Of a stretch of DNA of 64,000 nt, positions 51,072 through 63,309 are shown in pieces. A program made the position numbers and the translations under genes. Source of the DNA: Octopus sinensis (taxonomy: Eukaryota); the NCBI RefSeq assembly GCF_006345805.1, contig NC_043008.1, positions 53,444,001 to 53,508,000 on the forward strand. The letters run 5' to 3'. Numbering within the stretch: the stretch's first letter is position 1; each line of letters opens with the position of its first letter. The notes below the pieces were generated by a model. It had not been told where the DNA came from. It ran no database searches and worked only from the letters and a program-made list of their open reading frames with translations.

Positions 51072-52740
51072 GGCGGCGAGCTGGCAGAACGTTAGCACGC
51101 CGGGCGAAATGCTTTGCGGTATTTCGTCTGCCGCTACGTTCTGAGTTCAAATTCTGCCGAGGTCGACTTTGCCTTTCATCTATTCGGGGTCGATTAAATA
51201 AATACCAGTTAGGCACTAAGGTCGATATAATCGATTTAATCCGTTTGTCTCTCCTTGTTTGTTCTCTCTGTGTTTATCCCCTTGTGGGCAGTAAAGAAAT
51301 AGGTATTTCGTCTGCCGCTACGTTCTGAGTTCAAATGCCGCCGAGGTAGACTTTGCCTTTCATCTATTCGGGGTCGAATAAATAAGTACCAGTTACGCAC
51401 TAAGATCGATATTATCGACTTAATTCGTTTGTCTCTCCTTGTTTGTCCCCTCTGTGTTTATCCCCTTGTGGGTAGTAAAGAAATAGGTATTTCGTCTGCC
51501 ACTATGTTCCGAGTTCAAATTCCGCCGAGGTCGACTTTGCCTTTCATCTATTCGGGGTCGATTAAATAAGTACCAGTTACACACAAAGGTCGATATAATC
51601 GATTTAATCCATTTGGCTCTCCTTGTTTGTCCTCTCTGTGTTTATTCCCTTGTGGGCAGTAAAGAAATAGGTATTTCGTCTGTCGCTACGTTCCGAGTTC
51701 AAATTCCGCCGAGGTCGACTTTGCCTTTCATCTATTCGGGGTCGATTAAATAAGTACCAGTTACACACTGGGGTCGATATAATCGACTTAATCCGTTTGT
51801 CTCTCCTTGTTTGTTCTCTCTGTGTTTATCCCCTTGTGGGTAGTAAAGAAATAGGTATTTCGTCTGCCACTATGTTCCGAGTTCAAATTCCGCCGAGGTC
51901 GACTTTGCCTTTCATCTATTCGGGGTCGATTAAATAAGTACCAGTTACACACAAAGGGCGATTAATCGATTTAAATCCTTTGCGGTCCTTGTTTCTCTCT
52001 GTGTTTATTCCCTTGTGGGCAGTAAAGAAATAGGTATTTCGTCTGTCGCTACGTTCTGAGTTCAAATTCTGCCGAGGTCGACTTTGCCTTTCATCTATTC
52101 GGGGTCGATTAAATAAATACCAGTTAGGCACTAAGGTCGATATAATCGATTTAATCCGTTTGTCTCTCCTTGTTTGTCCCCTCTGTGTTTAGCGCCTTGT
52201 GGGCAGTAAAGAAATAGGTATTTCGTCTGCCGCTACGTTCTGAGTTCAAATGCCGCCGAGGTAGACTTTGCCTTTCATCTATTCGGGGTCGAATAAATAA
52301 GTACCAGTTACGCACTAAGATCGATATTATCGACTTAATTCGTTTGTCTCTTCTTGTTTGTCCCCTCTGTGTTTATCCCCTTGTGGGTAGTAAAGAAATA
52401 GGTATTTCGTCTGCCACTATGTTCCGAGTTCAAATTCCGCCGAGGTCGACTTTGCCTTTCATCTATTCGGGGTCGATTAAATAAGTACCAGTTACAACAC
52501 TGGGGTCGATATAATCGACTTAATCCGTTGGTCCTCTCTGTGTGTAGCCCCTTGTGGGTAGTAAAGAATAGGTATTTCGTCTGTCGTTACGTTCTGAGTT
52601 CAAATTCCGCCGAGGTCGACTTTGTCTTTTATCCTTACTTTCGGGGTCGATAAATTAAGTACCAGTTGTGTACTGGGGTCGATCTAATCGACTGGCCCCC
52701 CCTCCTTCCAAATTTCGGGCCTTGTACCTAGAGTAGAAAT
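51072..52740 (+). repeat. Type B SINE-derived tandem array: head plus 9 units (~184 bp), inserted in a degenerate type C SINE
   Basis: GTATTTCGTCTG unit starts at 51119, 51303, 51487, 51671, 51855, 52034, 52218, 52402 and 52572. Degenerate TSD TTATAGCCATGGGCTTA (51054-51070) / TTATAGTCCTGGGCTAA (52743-52759). Confidence 0.92.
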
Positions 52741-53373
52741 TTTTATAGTCCTGGGCTAACATTTATTTGTGTGCGAATTTGTGTTTGTCAGTGTCCGTGT
52801 GTATGTATGTGATAATCTTCGACTGTGTAGAACGTAACGCGCAAATACATATGTCAGTCGCAGATATCACATAGATATCACATAGATAATGTCTAACCCG
52901 TTGTAGATACAATATGTCTTATAGAGAAAATTATTAGATATATCTACGTTAGCGTTACAGCATGACATCAACATTGTACATTTATACTTAATTACTTCTA
53001 ACTAATTAAGAAATCGTTAATTACTCTTAGGAACTGAAATGAAATCCACCGATCAGGCAATATGAATGAAATCGATCCAACTTTAAACAGAGATGCAATA
53101 GCTGCGATAACATTAATTAATCAAGTCGATAACAGTATCGAGAAGAGGGAGTAAACTCTGTTGAATATTGACTGGGAAGGGACAAATGCTCAGGGTCGCC
53201 TTTTGCATGAATTTGCGATAGTAAATATGAATTTAGCTTACGTGATGATATAGAAACGTGAGAAAGTTAATTTAATTAAAGTTTACCTCTCACATGAAAG
53301 AACGAATTATTAAGAGCAATGGATCTCAAACGGACAAATGCCCCCTCCATGATGATTTTTATGCATACATACA

Positions 53374-53412
<39 letters not shown>

Positions 53413-53416
<4 letters not shown>

Positions 53417-53640
53417 CTTTACTACCCACAAGGGGCTAAACACAGACGGGACAAACAAGGACAGACAAACGGATTAAGTCGATTATATCGACCCAGTGTG
53501 TAACTGGTACTTAATTTATCGACCCCGAAAGGATAACGGCAAAGTCGACCTCGGCGGAATTTGAACTCGGAACGTGACGACAGACGAAATACAGCTAAGC
53601 ATTTCGTCCAGCGTGCTAACGTTTCTGCCAGCTCGCCGCC
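53413..53640 (-). mobile_element. Type B SINE monomer
   Basis: Same head, body and tail as one unit of the arrays; flanked by (TA)n. Confidence 0.88.
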
Positions 53641-53651
53641 TTTATTATATA

Positions 53652-53704
<53 letters not shown>

Positions 53705-53705
53705 A

Positions 53706-53749
<44 letters not shown>

Positions 53750-54541
53750 ATATATGATATATATATATATATATATTAATATGCTCATATATATGTAATA
53801 GTATGTGTGTGTGTGTGTGTATACATATGTATATATATGTAATAATATACGCATTCTAACAACAGAGTGCAGTCACCATATTTCATTCCATAACGGTCAC
53901 CACTGAAGAGCGCAGGGTTACATGATCTGACTGTTACAAAACAATCCGTGAAACCCCTAATGCGAAACGGATTTGTTAGATCGGCCATAATGGATATATA
54001 TAATACTGTACACTTCGATTCATATATGGATGTTTATGTATGTATATATATATACATATATATATGTGTGTGTGTGTGTGTGTGATCTGAGGACCTGAGC
54101 GTAGGAAGTTTGTAACGTTCAAGTAGTAAGTGGCCGATATAGCAAGCATAAAATGGATACTATACGGTAAATTACAATAACAATTTATTAGCAGTTTAAT
54201 CTCTGATTGATCGATTGGCTACAAATATCAAACAAATCTCCTATAACCCTCCCTCCCATATATGTACATGCACACACACACACAAATATAGGTATTTATT
54301 GGCATCGAGAGTTACCCACTTTTTCCCATATCGAATTTACAACGAAATTCGAAAGGATAATTGATTCGACGTAGCTCAATGCGAGCAACCAATGTTGCTA
54401 AAACTGCTAATAATTATTCAAATTGAGAGTGTGGGAGAGGAAAAAGAGCTTCAGATATTTATGTAATATAAGTCGCGTACATTTTTACGAATATGTGTGC
54501 GTGTGCATGTGTGTGCGTGTGCGTATCTGTGTGTCTTCGTG

Positions 54542-54612
<71 letters not shown>

Positions 54613-55043
54613 TATAGTTTGGTTACAAATTATATATTTGAATAAAGAATTAATAGGAATGTTTTTTTCTGTTAATTTCTACACTTTGATAATTAGATGT
54701 TTGTAAATAATTGGGTGTTAACAAACATCTAATGATTTATAAACATTTATTAAAGTGGCAAAATGATAAGAAATATGATGTCTATTCATATATTCATTTA
54801 CACATCGATCCATCCATCAATGCATACATACATACATACATACATACATACATACCTACATACTTACATGCATACATACTTATATGCATACATGTAAGTA
54901 TGTATAAGCAATATGTTTACATATATAATGCATATACGCATGTGATTGTATTTATGTATGACGTATGTATGTATATGTATATTTATATATACATATATAT
55001 ATGTGTGTGTGTTTGTCATTATATATATATATATATATATATG

Positions 55044-55088
<45 letters not shown>

Positions 55089-55283
55089 GCGTGAGTGTTA
55101 GTATTAATACTAAGAAGTAATGCTTATCCTCCGAAAGAGTTTCTCTCGTGGTAACTATCACAGTATAGTTTGTTCTAACAGAACATCCATTTTTAAGTGA
55201 GGATAATTATACCCCTCGATATATAGATTGTTATATCTTGAGTTTGAGCGTTGCAATGTAATGGCAAAGGAAACGGAATTATG

Positions 55284-56411
55284 ACACTACCACATTTTTT
55301 CGATATGACCACCCCTGTTTCGAACCACAACTCTAAATCTAGATGTGAATAGTTCACAGGTAACAGGCAGCTGCTCTTGCCGAATTGAAGACCATTTCTG
55401 GTGCAGTTTTTGCCTTCAGACCGTAGAGCGAAACATGAGGAGTGCTCGAGATCCTCGTCTCCAAAATAGACCAAACAGAAAAAATCCAATTGGTTGAGAT
55501 CGGGGTTCTTGAGGGTCGTACTTCCTTGTCTATGAACGTCCGGACGCTTTTCTGAATCTAATGTTTGGAGCTGTGGTGCCGAGTTCTGTTAGAGGCTCCA
55601 AGCTGCATCTTGAAAGTGTTCATTCGCCCATGGAAGCAGTTGAGCTTCCAGAAGGTCGCTGATAATGTTTCGCTAGGTGTTAATTTTAATACCGAAGGGC
55701 ACAAGAAGGAAGGGAGACCTTCCAGTGGCTATCACAGCCGCCCAAATCATAACCGACTGTGGATTTTGACGTCGATGTATGAGTCTACTCTCGACGGAGC
55801 CAGATTCACTCCAAAGTTGTTCATTCTGGTAGTTTACTATCTGTTCGATGTCAAATTATTTTCCTCAGTGAACATCAGGTTGTGCGTGTGCCTTCAGCAA
55901 TCTGACGTAGGATGATATACTTATTTCCAGTCTCATGGTCTTATGAACGTACGTGAGCTCATGTCGGTGGAACATCTTGTAGGGGTAGGTCTTGAGATCT
56001 TTTTTCAGCACTGGTTACATTGATGTTCGGCTTAGTTTTGTTGCGGTAGCTAGATTTCTGGTGGATCGACGAGAATTTCACCATATCTTTTCTCTGGTAC
56101 TTTTGGTAAGCTGAGGAGTCCACGCACTTCTTTTCTGGCCATGTCCAGGTCGATTAGCGATGGAACTAATCTCGTGAAATTTCCTAACAATTTTCCAGAG
56201 ACTGTTATTCAAGCTTTTTTGCTATAGCTTATATTACGTTTTCCGCCCTGCTGAAGGGTTATAATTGGATTTCGGTCTATAGCCATTATCTAATTTATAA
56301 ATCTAAAAGTATTTAGGCTGATACAAAAAGAAGACGCACTAAGCTTTTATAATGGTATATAATTTTCATTAAAGCTTGAAACTTCGGTTTCCTTAATTTC
56401 GGGACACCCTG
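55284..56411 (-). mobile_element. Decayed maT/DD37D-type Tc1-mariner element
   Basis: One TIR CAGGGTGTCCCGAAATT at 56411. Minus translation MFTEEK*FDIEQ..NYQN, RRQNPQSVMIWAAV, PDLNQLDFSVWSILE and GGHIE; the third catalytic residue is D. Confidence 0.8.
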
Positions 56412-58060
56412 CATATATTAGATGAATCTTTTAATACTCTTAACTTTATTTATTCTTGAATAGACGAAATCGAGAAATTTTATTCCATACACTTCTTCCA
56501 TTTGGTGTTGTAGAAATTAAAATGCTCAAAACCATTTTAATTTCATTAAACACTGCAATTTGCCTGCGCCGGCCCCTAGTTTTTCAATCATTACTTTCTC
56601 TCCCACTTATGATAAACACCGATCTAAATGACAATTTTCATTTAGAGAAGACTCAGGCAAACAACCTGCAAAATTTAAATTAATTAATTTATCCTTAAAC
56701 CAAGCGAGTAATAAAATGTAATAATCATAACTAAATTGATAAAAACAACAGCAGTTAAAATAAGTTGATGTACCGGTATTTCAATGTTAATTTGATTTCA
56801 TGCCAGTTTGTTAAATCGTTCGGTCGGTTAAGCTTTTAACGTAAAGTTTTATCTTGATTTGTAGAGTATTTCGTGAACGAAAGACATTTTCCTGTTCAAA
56901 TAAAACAAATAAATAACAAAAAAATCATTAAGCTATAATAATAATAATAATAATAATAATGATAATAATAATAATGTGTTAAAAGGTTAATGTCCTGAAT
57001 TCGAAATATCGCTTCAACTTTATATACTTAACTACATTAATTTCACTTGATAATATATGGAAGAAAAAAAAAGCTCTTAACTGTCTTATGTACATTGCTA
57101 CGCTTAAGTGAGTCTAGAGACACTGAGCATGTTTGTGATCAGCTGAGATGCTAGAAATAGTAACCAAATTTCATTAAAACCAGGTTGTATTGTCATTCTA
57201 AACAAGAGCAAAACAAACAGCAATCAAAAAAGCATATATTGGATATGATCTATCTGAAAACATTAAAAAAGAGGGGGGCGGAAGTAAAAAGCAAGATGGT
57301 GGATGAAATATTTTTGTTGGTAGATTTTAGATATCTTGGATGAAGAAGTCAGTCATAAAGAAAAGCTAAATAACTGCGACAGTTATGGTTGTGTGGTTAA
57401 GACGGTTGCTTCGCCGCCACATACTTTCGGGTTCAGTCCCTCTGCACGTTCCAGTAAGACAAACCTGGGGCTAAAGGACAATCGTCTGCGCTCATGTTTA
57501 TTTCACTCGTCCTATTGATTCTACCGACCGAGGAATTGTTCCAATTTAGAAACCATCTGTCTGACACTGAAATCCTATTACCATTAGCTGGGCATTCGAA
57601 ATTCTTTTCCGGCTCTCAGAGCACTCAGTTCAAATCCAGTAGGAAGTCAGCTTTGTCTTTCATTCTTTTAAGGTCGATAAATCAAGTACCAATACAGAGC
57701 GTATTGACACTAAGAGGTTACCTATGATGGCTGGGCTGGAGTTTCATAAAGAAGTGGAAAGTGCTGGAACAATTAGCGCAATTCAATCAACCCACCACTC
57801 TATAATGAGCACTTAATTTATCGACCTCTGAAGAAATTAACGAGAAATCTGACTTCAACGTGGTTTAACTTCGAATGCTAAAATCCAGAACAGATAGCGG
57901 AATAGCATTACGATAATGCGCTAATGATTCCGCCAACTCAGAGCTTTTGTAATGTAATCGAACCAGTTTTCATCAGACATGTAATACCTACGATGCAATT
58001 AACCGTCAAGGTCTATCAAGAAGAAGGAGTAAGTATTAATAGTTTATTTAGCGACCATGA

Positions 58061-58324
58061 GTGGAGGCGCGTGACTTAGTGGTTAGGGTGTCAACATCAT
58101 GATCGTAAGATTGTGGTTTCGATTCCTGGACCAAGCGACGCGTTGTGTTCTTGAGCAAAACACTTCATTTCACGTTGCTCCAATCCACTCAGCTGGCAAA
58201 AATGAGTAACGCTGCAATGGACTGGCGTTCCGTCCAGCTGGGGAACACATACGCCATAGAAACCGGGAAACTGGGCCCATGAGCCTGGCTAGGCTTTAAA
58301 ATGGCGCACTTATTTATTTTATTT
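58061..58324 (+). mobile_element. tRNA-SINE (type D body, tail 2) with 14-bp TSD
   Basis: A box TGACTTAGTGG, B box GGTTTCGATTCC; TSD TTTAGCGACCATGA at 58047-58060 and 58325-58338. Confidence 0.88.
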
Positions 58325-59024
58325 TTTAGCGACCATGAAGGAATGAAATGTAGAATTGACCTCCGTGGAATCTGAACCCAGGACACTTAGAGATGAAAGA
58401 ACTATAGTAAATATATAACTATAGAGAAAGAACCATTACTAATATTACCAACATCACAGTGACAAAATTAGAAAATAACACCCACACATTATTACAAGCT
58501 GGTCCCTACCACCGCCTGTACATCTTACCTACCTGCAGCATCTTAACTTGATTATATCTAATAGCCAGCTATCTCATTAAGAGTTGCTCTATTCAATTAT
58601 TATAACTATTAGCATCATTATTACCGTCGCGGTCGTCGAGGTAGCCGTCGTGATAATTCTGGTTGTTTTTAATATTCTGCTTTTTCAATCACTGAGCACG
58701 TTTATAGCCGTTCTATCACCTACTCTTACTATTACTCCCGTTTCGCGCCTGTCTTTACATCAAGCACGCATTCTGTGTGTATATTATATTGGTAGCTGTG
58801 AAGAACAGTGTTGGGAAACAGTGCTTGAATTCACACTTGCTAACAAACTGTATCGTCACCGTTACTATTGTTACATCCACCACTGCCGTCATCACCACCA
58901 CCACCGTCACCGCCATCGTGACATCATTATCACTACTGCGACGACCACGACAGAAACCACCAACTCAGCAAAACCAGAAATATCGCCGACAACACCATCA
59001 ACAACTTCCTCAATGATAACCCTA

Positions 59025-59257
59025 CCTATTTCTTTACTACCCACAAGGGGCTAAACACAGAGGGGACAAACAAGGACAGACAAACGGATTAAGTCGATTA
59101 CATCGACCCCAATGCGTAACTGGTATTTATTTAATCGACCCCGAAAGGATGAAATGCAAAGTCGACCTCGGCGGAATTTGACCTCAGAACGTAACGACAG
59201 ACGAAATACGGCTACGCATTTCGCCCGGCGTGCTAACGATTCTGCCAGCTCGCCGCC
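59025..59257 (-). mobile_element. Type B SINE monomer with 13-bp TSD
   Basis: TGATAACCCTACC (59014-59026) / TGATAACACTACC (59264-59276). Confidence 0.88.
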
Positions 59258-59444
59258 GTTCACTGATAACACTACCACCAGCTTAGTTTTTCCCTGGGGC
59301 TGGCCAGATTGGAGCAATCTCGTGTATAATCGGCTGAAATTGCGAAGATAATCTGGTACTCGACTGATGACAGAAAGCTTCAACTGATCCGTCCTTGTTT
59401 TCTTTGTATCGTCTATCTGGATGTTTTGTTGTCCCATTTTTGTT

Positions 59445-59491
<47 letters not shown>

Positions 59492-59502
59492 TATATATAG
59501 AC

Positions 59503-59558
<56 letters not shown>

Positions 59559-59649
59559 GTGCATATATATATATATATAAGATGAGAGAATAGAGAGATA
59601 ATTAATAAATCATTATTTATAAATTAAAATATTGACGTTGACAAACAAC

Positions 59650-59735
59650 CCTTACAGATGTTTCAATTCAGGATCTCAGAAAATTAATTAATTAATTAAA
59701 TTAAAAATTATTTGAAAAGCGATTCTCTTCAGAGG
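59650..59735 (-). ncRNA. Type I hammerhead motif, intact core
   Basis: CCT CTGAAGA G AAT..ATT GAAAC ATCT GT A AGG. Confidence 0.65.
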
Positions 59736-59843
59736 TAGATAAAGGTAAACAAAGTAGATGTTCAATTTCCTCATATTGAGTAAACGGCTTCAAACCGTTA
59801 AAACATGAAGAAATTGAACACCTGTTTTCTATACCTTTAACTA

Positions 59844-59927
59844 CCTTAGAAGAGAATTTCTTTTTTGAAATAATTCTTAATTCAATTAATTAATTTTCTG
59901 AGAGCCTGAATTGAAACAGCTGTAAGG
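59844..59927 (+). ncRNA. Type I hammerhead motif, core mutated (TAGAAGA)
   Basis: CCT TAGAAGA G AATT..AATT GAAAC AGCT GT A AGG. Confidence 0.55.
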
Positions 59928-60149
59928 GATGTTTGTCAATTTTTTATTAATGAATAATGATTTATTAATTACCTCTCTATTCTCTCATTTTATTATTATA
60001 ACAAATAATATATATATAAACTACGGTTTATATAGTTACCTTGCAGTTTAGTATTAGATATAATGTTCAATACCCTTTGTACAGGTAATTAACCAGTACT
60101 TTCATAGGATTTTGCTATCCATGAATGAGGTTTGTAGTCTTTAATTGTG

Positions 60150-60188
<39 letters not shown>

Positions 60189-60532
60189 TATGCACACACA
60201 CACACACACATATATATATGCATATGTATATGCATATATATATATATACATATATATGCATATAAATATATATATATATATTTATGCATATATATATATA
60301 TTTATATGCATATATATGTATATATATATATATGCATATATATATATGCATATATATATGCATATATATATATATGCATATATATATGCATATATATTAT
60401 ATGCATATATATGTATATATATATATATGCATATATATATATGCATATATATATGCATATATATATATATGCATATATATATGCATATATATATATATGC
60501 ATATATATATACATATATATGCATATAAATAT

Positions 60533-60575
<43 letters not shown>

Positions 60576-60640
60576 CATATATATGCATATATATACATAT
60601 ATATTTATATATTTATATATGTATGTATGTGTATATATTT
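60150..60640. repeat. (TA)n array punctuated by ATGCAT
   Basis: Direct reading. Confidence 0.9.
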
Positions 60641-60654
60641 ATACACCCACACAT

Positions 60655-60905
60655 ATAACAATATCAAAAAGAACGGAGAAAATCACATCTTTGATGATTA
60701 CACCATACATTACCGGCTATAAATTCTATTGTGCCAACATAGATATAGAAAAGAAGAATACAAAGTACCAGTGAAACCAGTATATCCGAAAATTTATATA
60801 GACACAATGTTAACAAGGTAACCCAAAAATGACTAATACGAAGCGAAGTGAGATAATATATCTGATACATCAACGCCTACAAAAAGAAGAAATATAATTG
60901 CCTAA
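60655..60905 (+). pseudogene. Second PLE fragment (thumb/linker region), opposite orientation
   Basis: GGAGAAAATCACATCTTTGATGATTACACCATA is homologous to the minus strand of 62600-62640; it ends in KRRNII, parallel to SRDIIW of the neighbouring PLE. Confidence 0.55.
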
Positions 60906-61049
60906 GAAAAGCCACTTTATGATGACGTCAGTAGGTGAAGAAAGAATAAAAATATAAGCACAAAATATATACGTTAGGACATTTTGTTTTGTGGCTATTA
61001 ATATATGCTAAAAAATATTAGAAAATTATGCTTATTAAATTAGAGGAAA

Positions 61050-61951
61050 AACAATTATAATTAAGTCGTTATTTACGACTGAAATTTTTAAGTACTTTTT
61101 TATATATCTATGGGAACATTTCACTGTGAAGCTGGTTCTAAATTTAATAATTCTAATTTAGAAGTAATTATATAATACCTTTCCTCCAGGTATTGGTAAC
61201 ATTTGAAAATTTCTTTAATGTACAATGAAGCACAACTAAAAATGGACCACTTTATATTGTAGCGAATATTCTTGTGTTTTAAATCTCAAATCTATTTACT
61301 AAGATTCATAGAATTACATTTTTTTCTAAACTTAACTGAAGAAGAATGGTCATTAAGTCTAGATTTCCAAACTGTAGCCGAAGAATCTACGTAATAATAA
61401 CTATGATCCCATGCAATGGTTTTCTAAAGGACACACAATTTTTTAGTTTGAAATTACAAAAGCGTTTATTCACTCTTATGTAGCACTCATAGCTAAAGGA
61501 ATTAGTCCTAATTTTACTCTCAGAATTTTGTGTTAAATTAGGATTATTAGCAGTATTGTATTAAATGTTACTACTGTTTCTTATCTTAAATGTACTATCA
61601 GTTTCACCGTTGGAATAACTTCACGCAAATTATCAAAAACCAGCTCAAGATAATTATGACTAGAGTCTGTCTCACAAATTACCCAATCAGTTCTGCTCGT
61701 GCTTACTAACTTTAAGTTGAGATACTATGGTGCTATAATTTCAGCAAAACTTCTGGTCGTTGAATAGGAGAATTTTACTCTATGGCGATTAAACAATTTC
61801 TCGTACTTACTTGAAGGTGGAAAGTACTTATCCAGTGCATCAAAGAGTTTCCGAGGGATATTAGTGACTTTGTAAGATGCAAATGGTGCATTACACCAGA
61901 TGATATCCCTTGATTTAGCCTTTCTACTATTTACATAGATATTGTTTTGAA

Positions 61952-62014
<63 letters not shown>

Positions 62015-62830
62015 CGTGTTAATTCTCAGAACGTTCGGTCTTTGTTCTAGTAGGTTTCTGCTGTCAGAGGTCACACAAGTTCTCTTTCCGCACATTATAA
62101 TCTGTGGTACTTCGTTGTTAATTATCGTGTGAGACATTCAATATATAATTACCAATCTCAAAGTCCTAGCTGTCCCCAACAGAGCAGTCTTGGAGGCTTA
62201 CTCTGCTCTCATGTCATTTCCAATTTCTTACACAAGCTTCTTCAACTTGGTTGTTAGTACTCTGAGTGCCCCTACAACTACTGGAATGACAGATACTCTC
62301 CTCATAGTCCACATTCTTGCAATTTTGTCTTTTAGTACTCTGTACTTTTCAATCTTTTCTAGTTCTTTGTCACTTATGTGTGCATCTCCAGGTATTGCAA
62401 CAACTATCATCTTGGTTCCTTTTTTGCTTTATCTACCACAACAATATCTGGTCTCAAAGCCTCGATTAGGGAGGAGTCGTTGTCGTTGTTGTTCTTGTTT
62501 ATACCAACTATAATTCTAATATCTTTAAAGTTTCGTCTATACTTATCAATGTTAATATGTATATCTTCAAAAACACCCTGTTTATACCAACCGTTGGTAT
62601 ATATGGTGTAGTCATCAAATAAAGATGTAATTTTCTCCATCCTTGTTCATGCTGTCATAAACTCCGGATTTCTTTGAAATTCTTCTAAGCGATATTTCGA
62701 TTTACTTGTCATACATGAGGAATTACCTTAGATGTTTATTCTACTTTGATTTATCGGTATCTGACTGTTTGACAAAGTTAACCAAGTTCACTTACCACAA
62801 GGTGGTTTCTGGATATCTGCTTGAATTTAT
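61050..62830 (-). pseudogene. Penelope-like element remnant (RT thumb/linker plus GIY-YIG endonuclease), interrupted by an RLE LINE
   Basis: SRDIIWCNAPF..TNIPRKLFDALDKYFPP..KLFNRHRVKFSYS, CPLENHC, VWKSRLNDHSSS..NLSK*I*DLKHKNIRYNIKWSI..CYQYLEERYYI..LLN..CSH: the linker and GIY-YIG pattern typical of invertebrate PLEs. Confidence 0.85.
61952..62480 (-). mobile_element. 3' fragment of an RLE-type non-LTR retrotransposon (R4/Dong-like) with (TAA)n tail
   Basis: RPDIVVVDK..VAIPGD..KELEKIEKYRVLK..VIPVVVGAL..ALLGTARTLR, followed by a 3' UTR and ~21 TAA units (61952-62014). Confidence 0.85.
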
Positions 62831-63031
62831 CAATTCCGTTTACCTCTTAATATATATATATATAAATTAGAAAAAAAACACCTTTTATCAATTCAACAAT
62901 CAAAAAATTAAATTATACCATATAGAAAAAAATTATATCCTATAGAAAAAAATTAAATATAAGATAAAAACATAAACCAATGATTAAGTAATGTGCAAAA
63001 TAGTAAATAAAACGTATGTATTTGGTAAAAT

Positions 63032-63111
63032 GATGCACGTGTTTCGTGGCTACATTTAAGAAATGATAACAGTAAAATCAATTCAATATAAATATAGCCA
63101 CTCTTCAGGTC
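63032..63111 (-). ncRNA. Type I hammerhead motif with perfect 7-bp stem II, cleavage-site region mutated
   Basis: GAC CTGAAGA GTGGCTA..TAGCCAC GAAAC ACGT G C A TC; U16.1 position reads C. Confidence 0.6.
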
Positions 63112-63309
63112 AAAGATAAAAACAATAAAATATTTAAATAAATAAATATACGTATATAATATTGTAAAATATGAAATATCTTAACAAATATATTGTGGTG
63201 CAAATAAAAATATATTCGAGCTCACAACCTTAAGATCGTAAGCTCGACGCTCTAAGCACTGAGCCATGCACCTTCACAATACATATAGCCATAGTTTACA
63301 TACATATAT

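Larger units (their letters stand above)
59582..59988. repeat. 407-bp diverged foldback element with an HHR motif in each arm
   Basis: ATGAGAGAATAGAGAGATAATTAATAAATCATTATT versus AATAATGATTTATTAATTACCTCTCTATTCTCTCAT; centre AACGG-CTTCAAA-CCGTT. Confidence 0.88.

Noticed and set aside
43035-52740. Regular 184-bp arrays as CRISPR-like
   Set aside because: Whole units are homologous with no unique spacers; they are SINE multimers in eukaryotic DNA.
205-63277. tRNA-like heads as real tRNA genes
   Set aside because: They lack complete acceptor stems and run directly into SINE bodies with TSDs.
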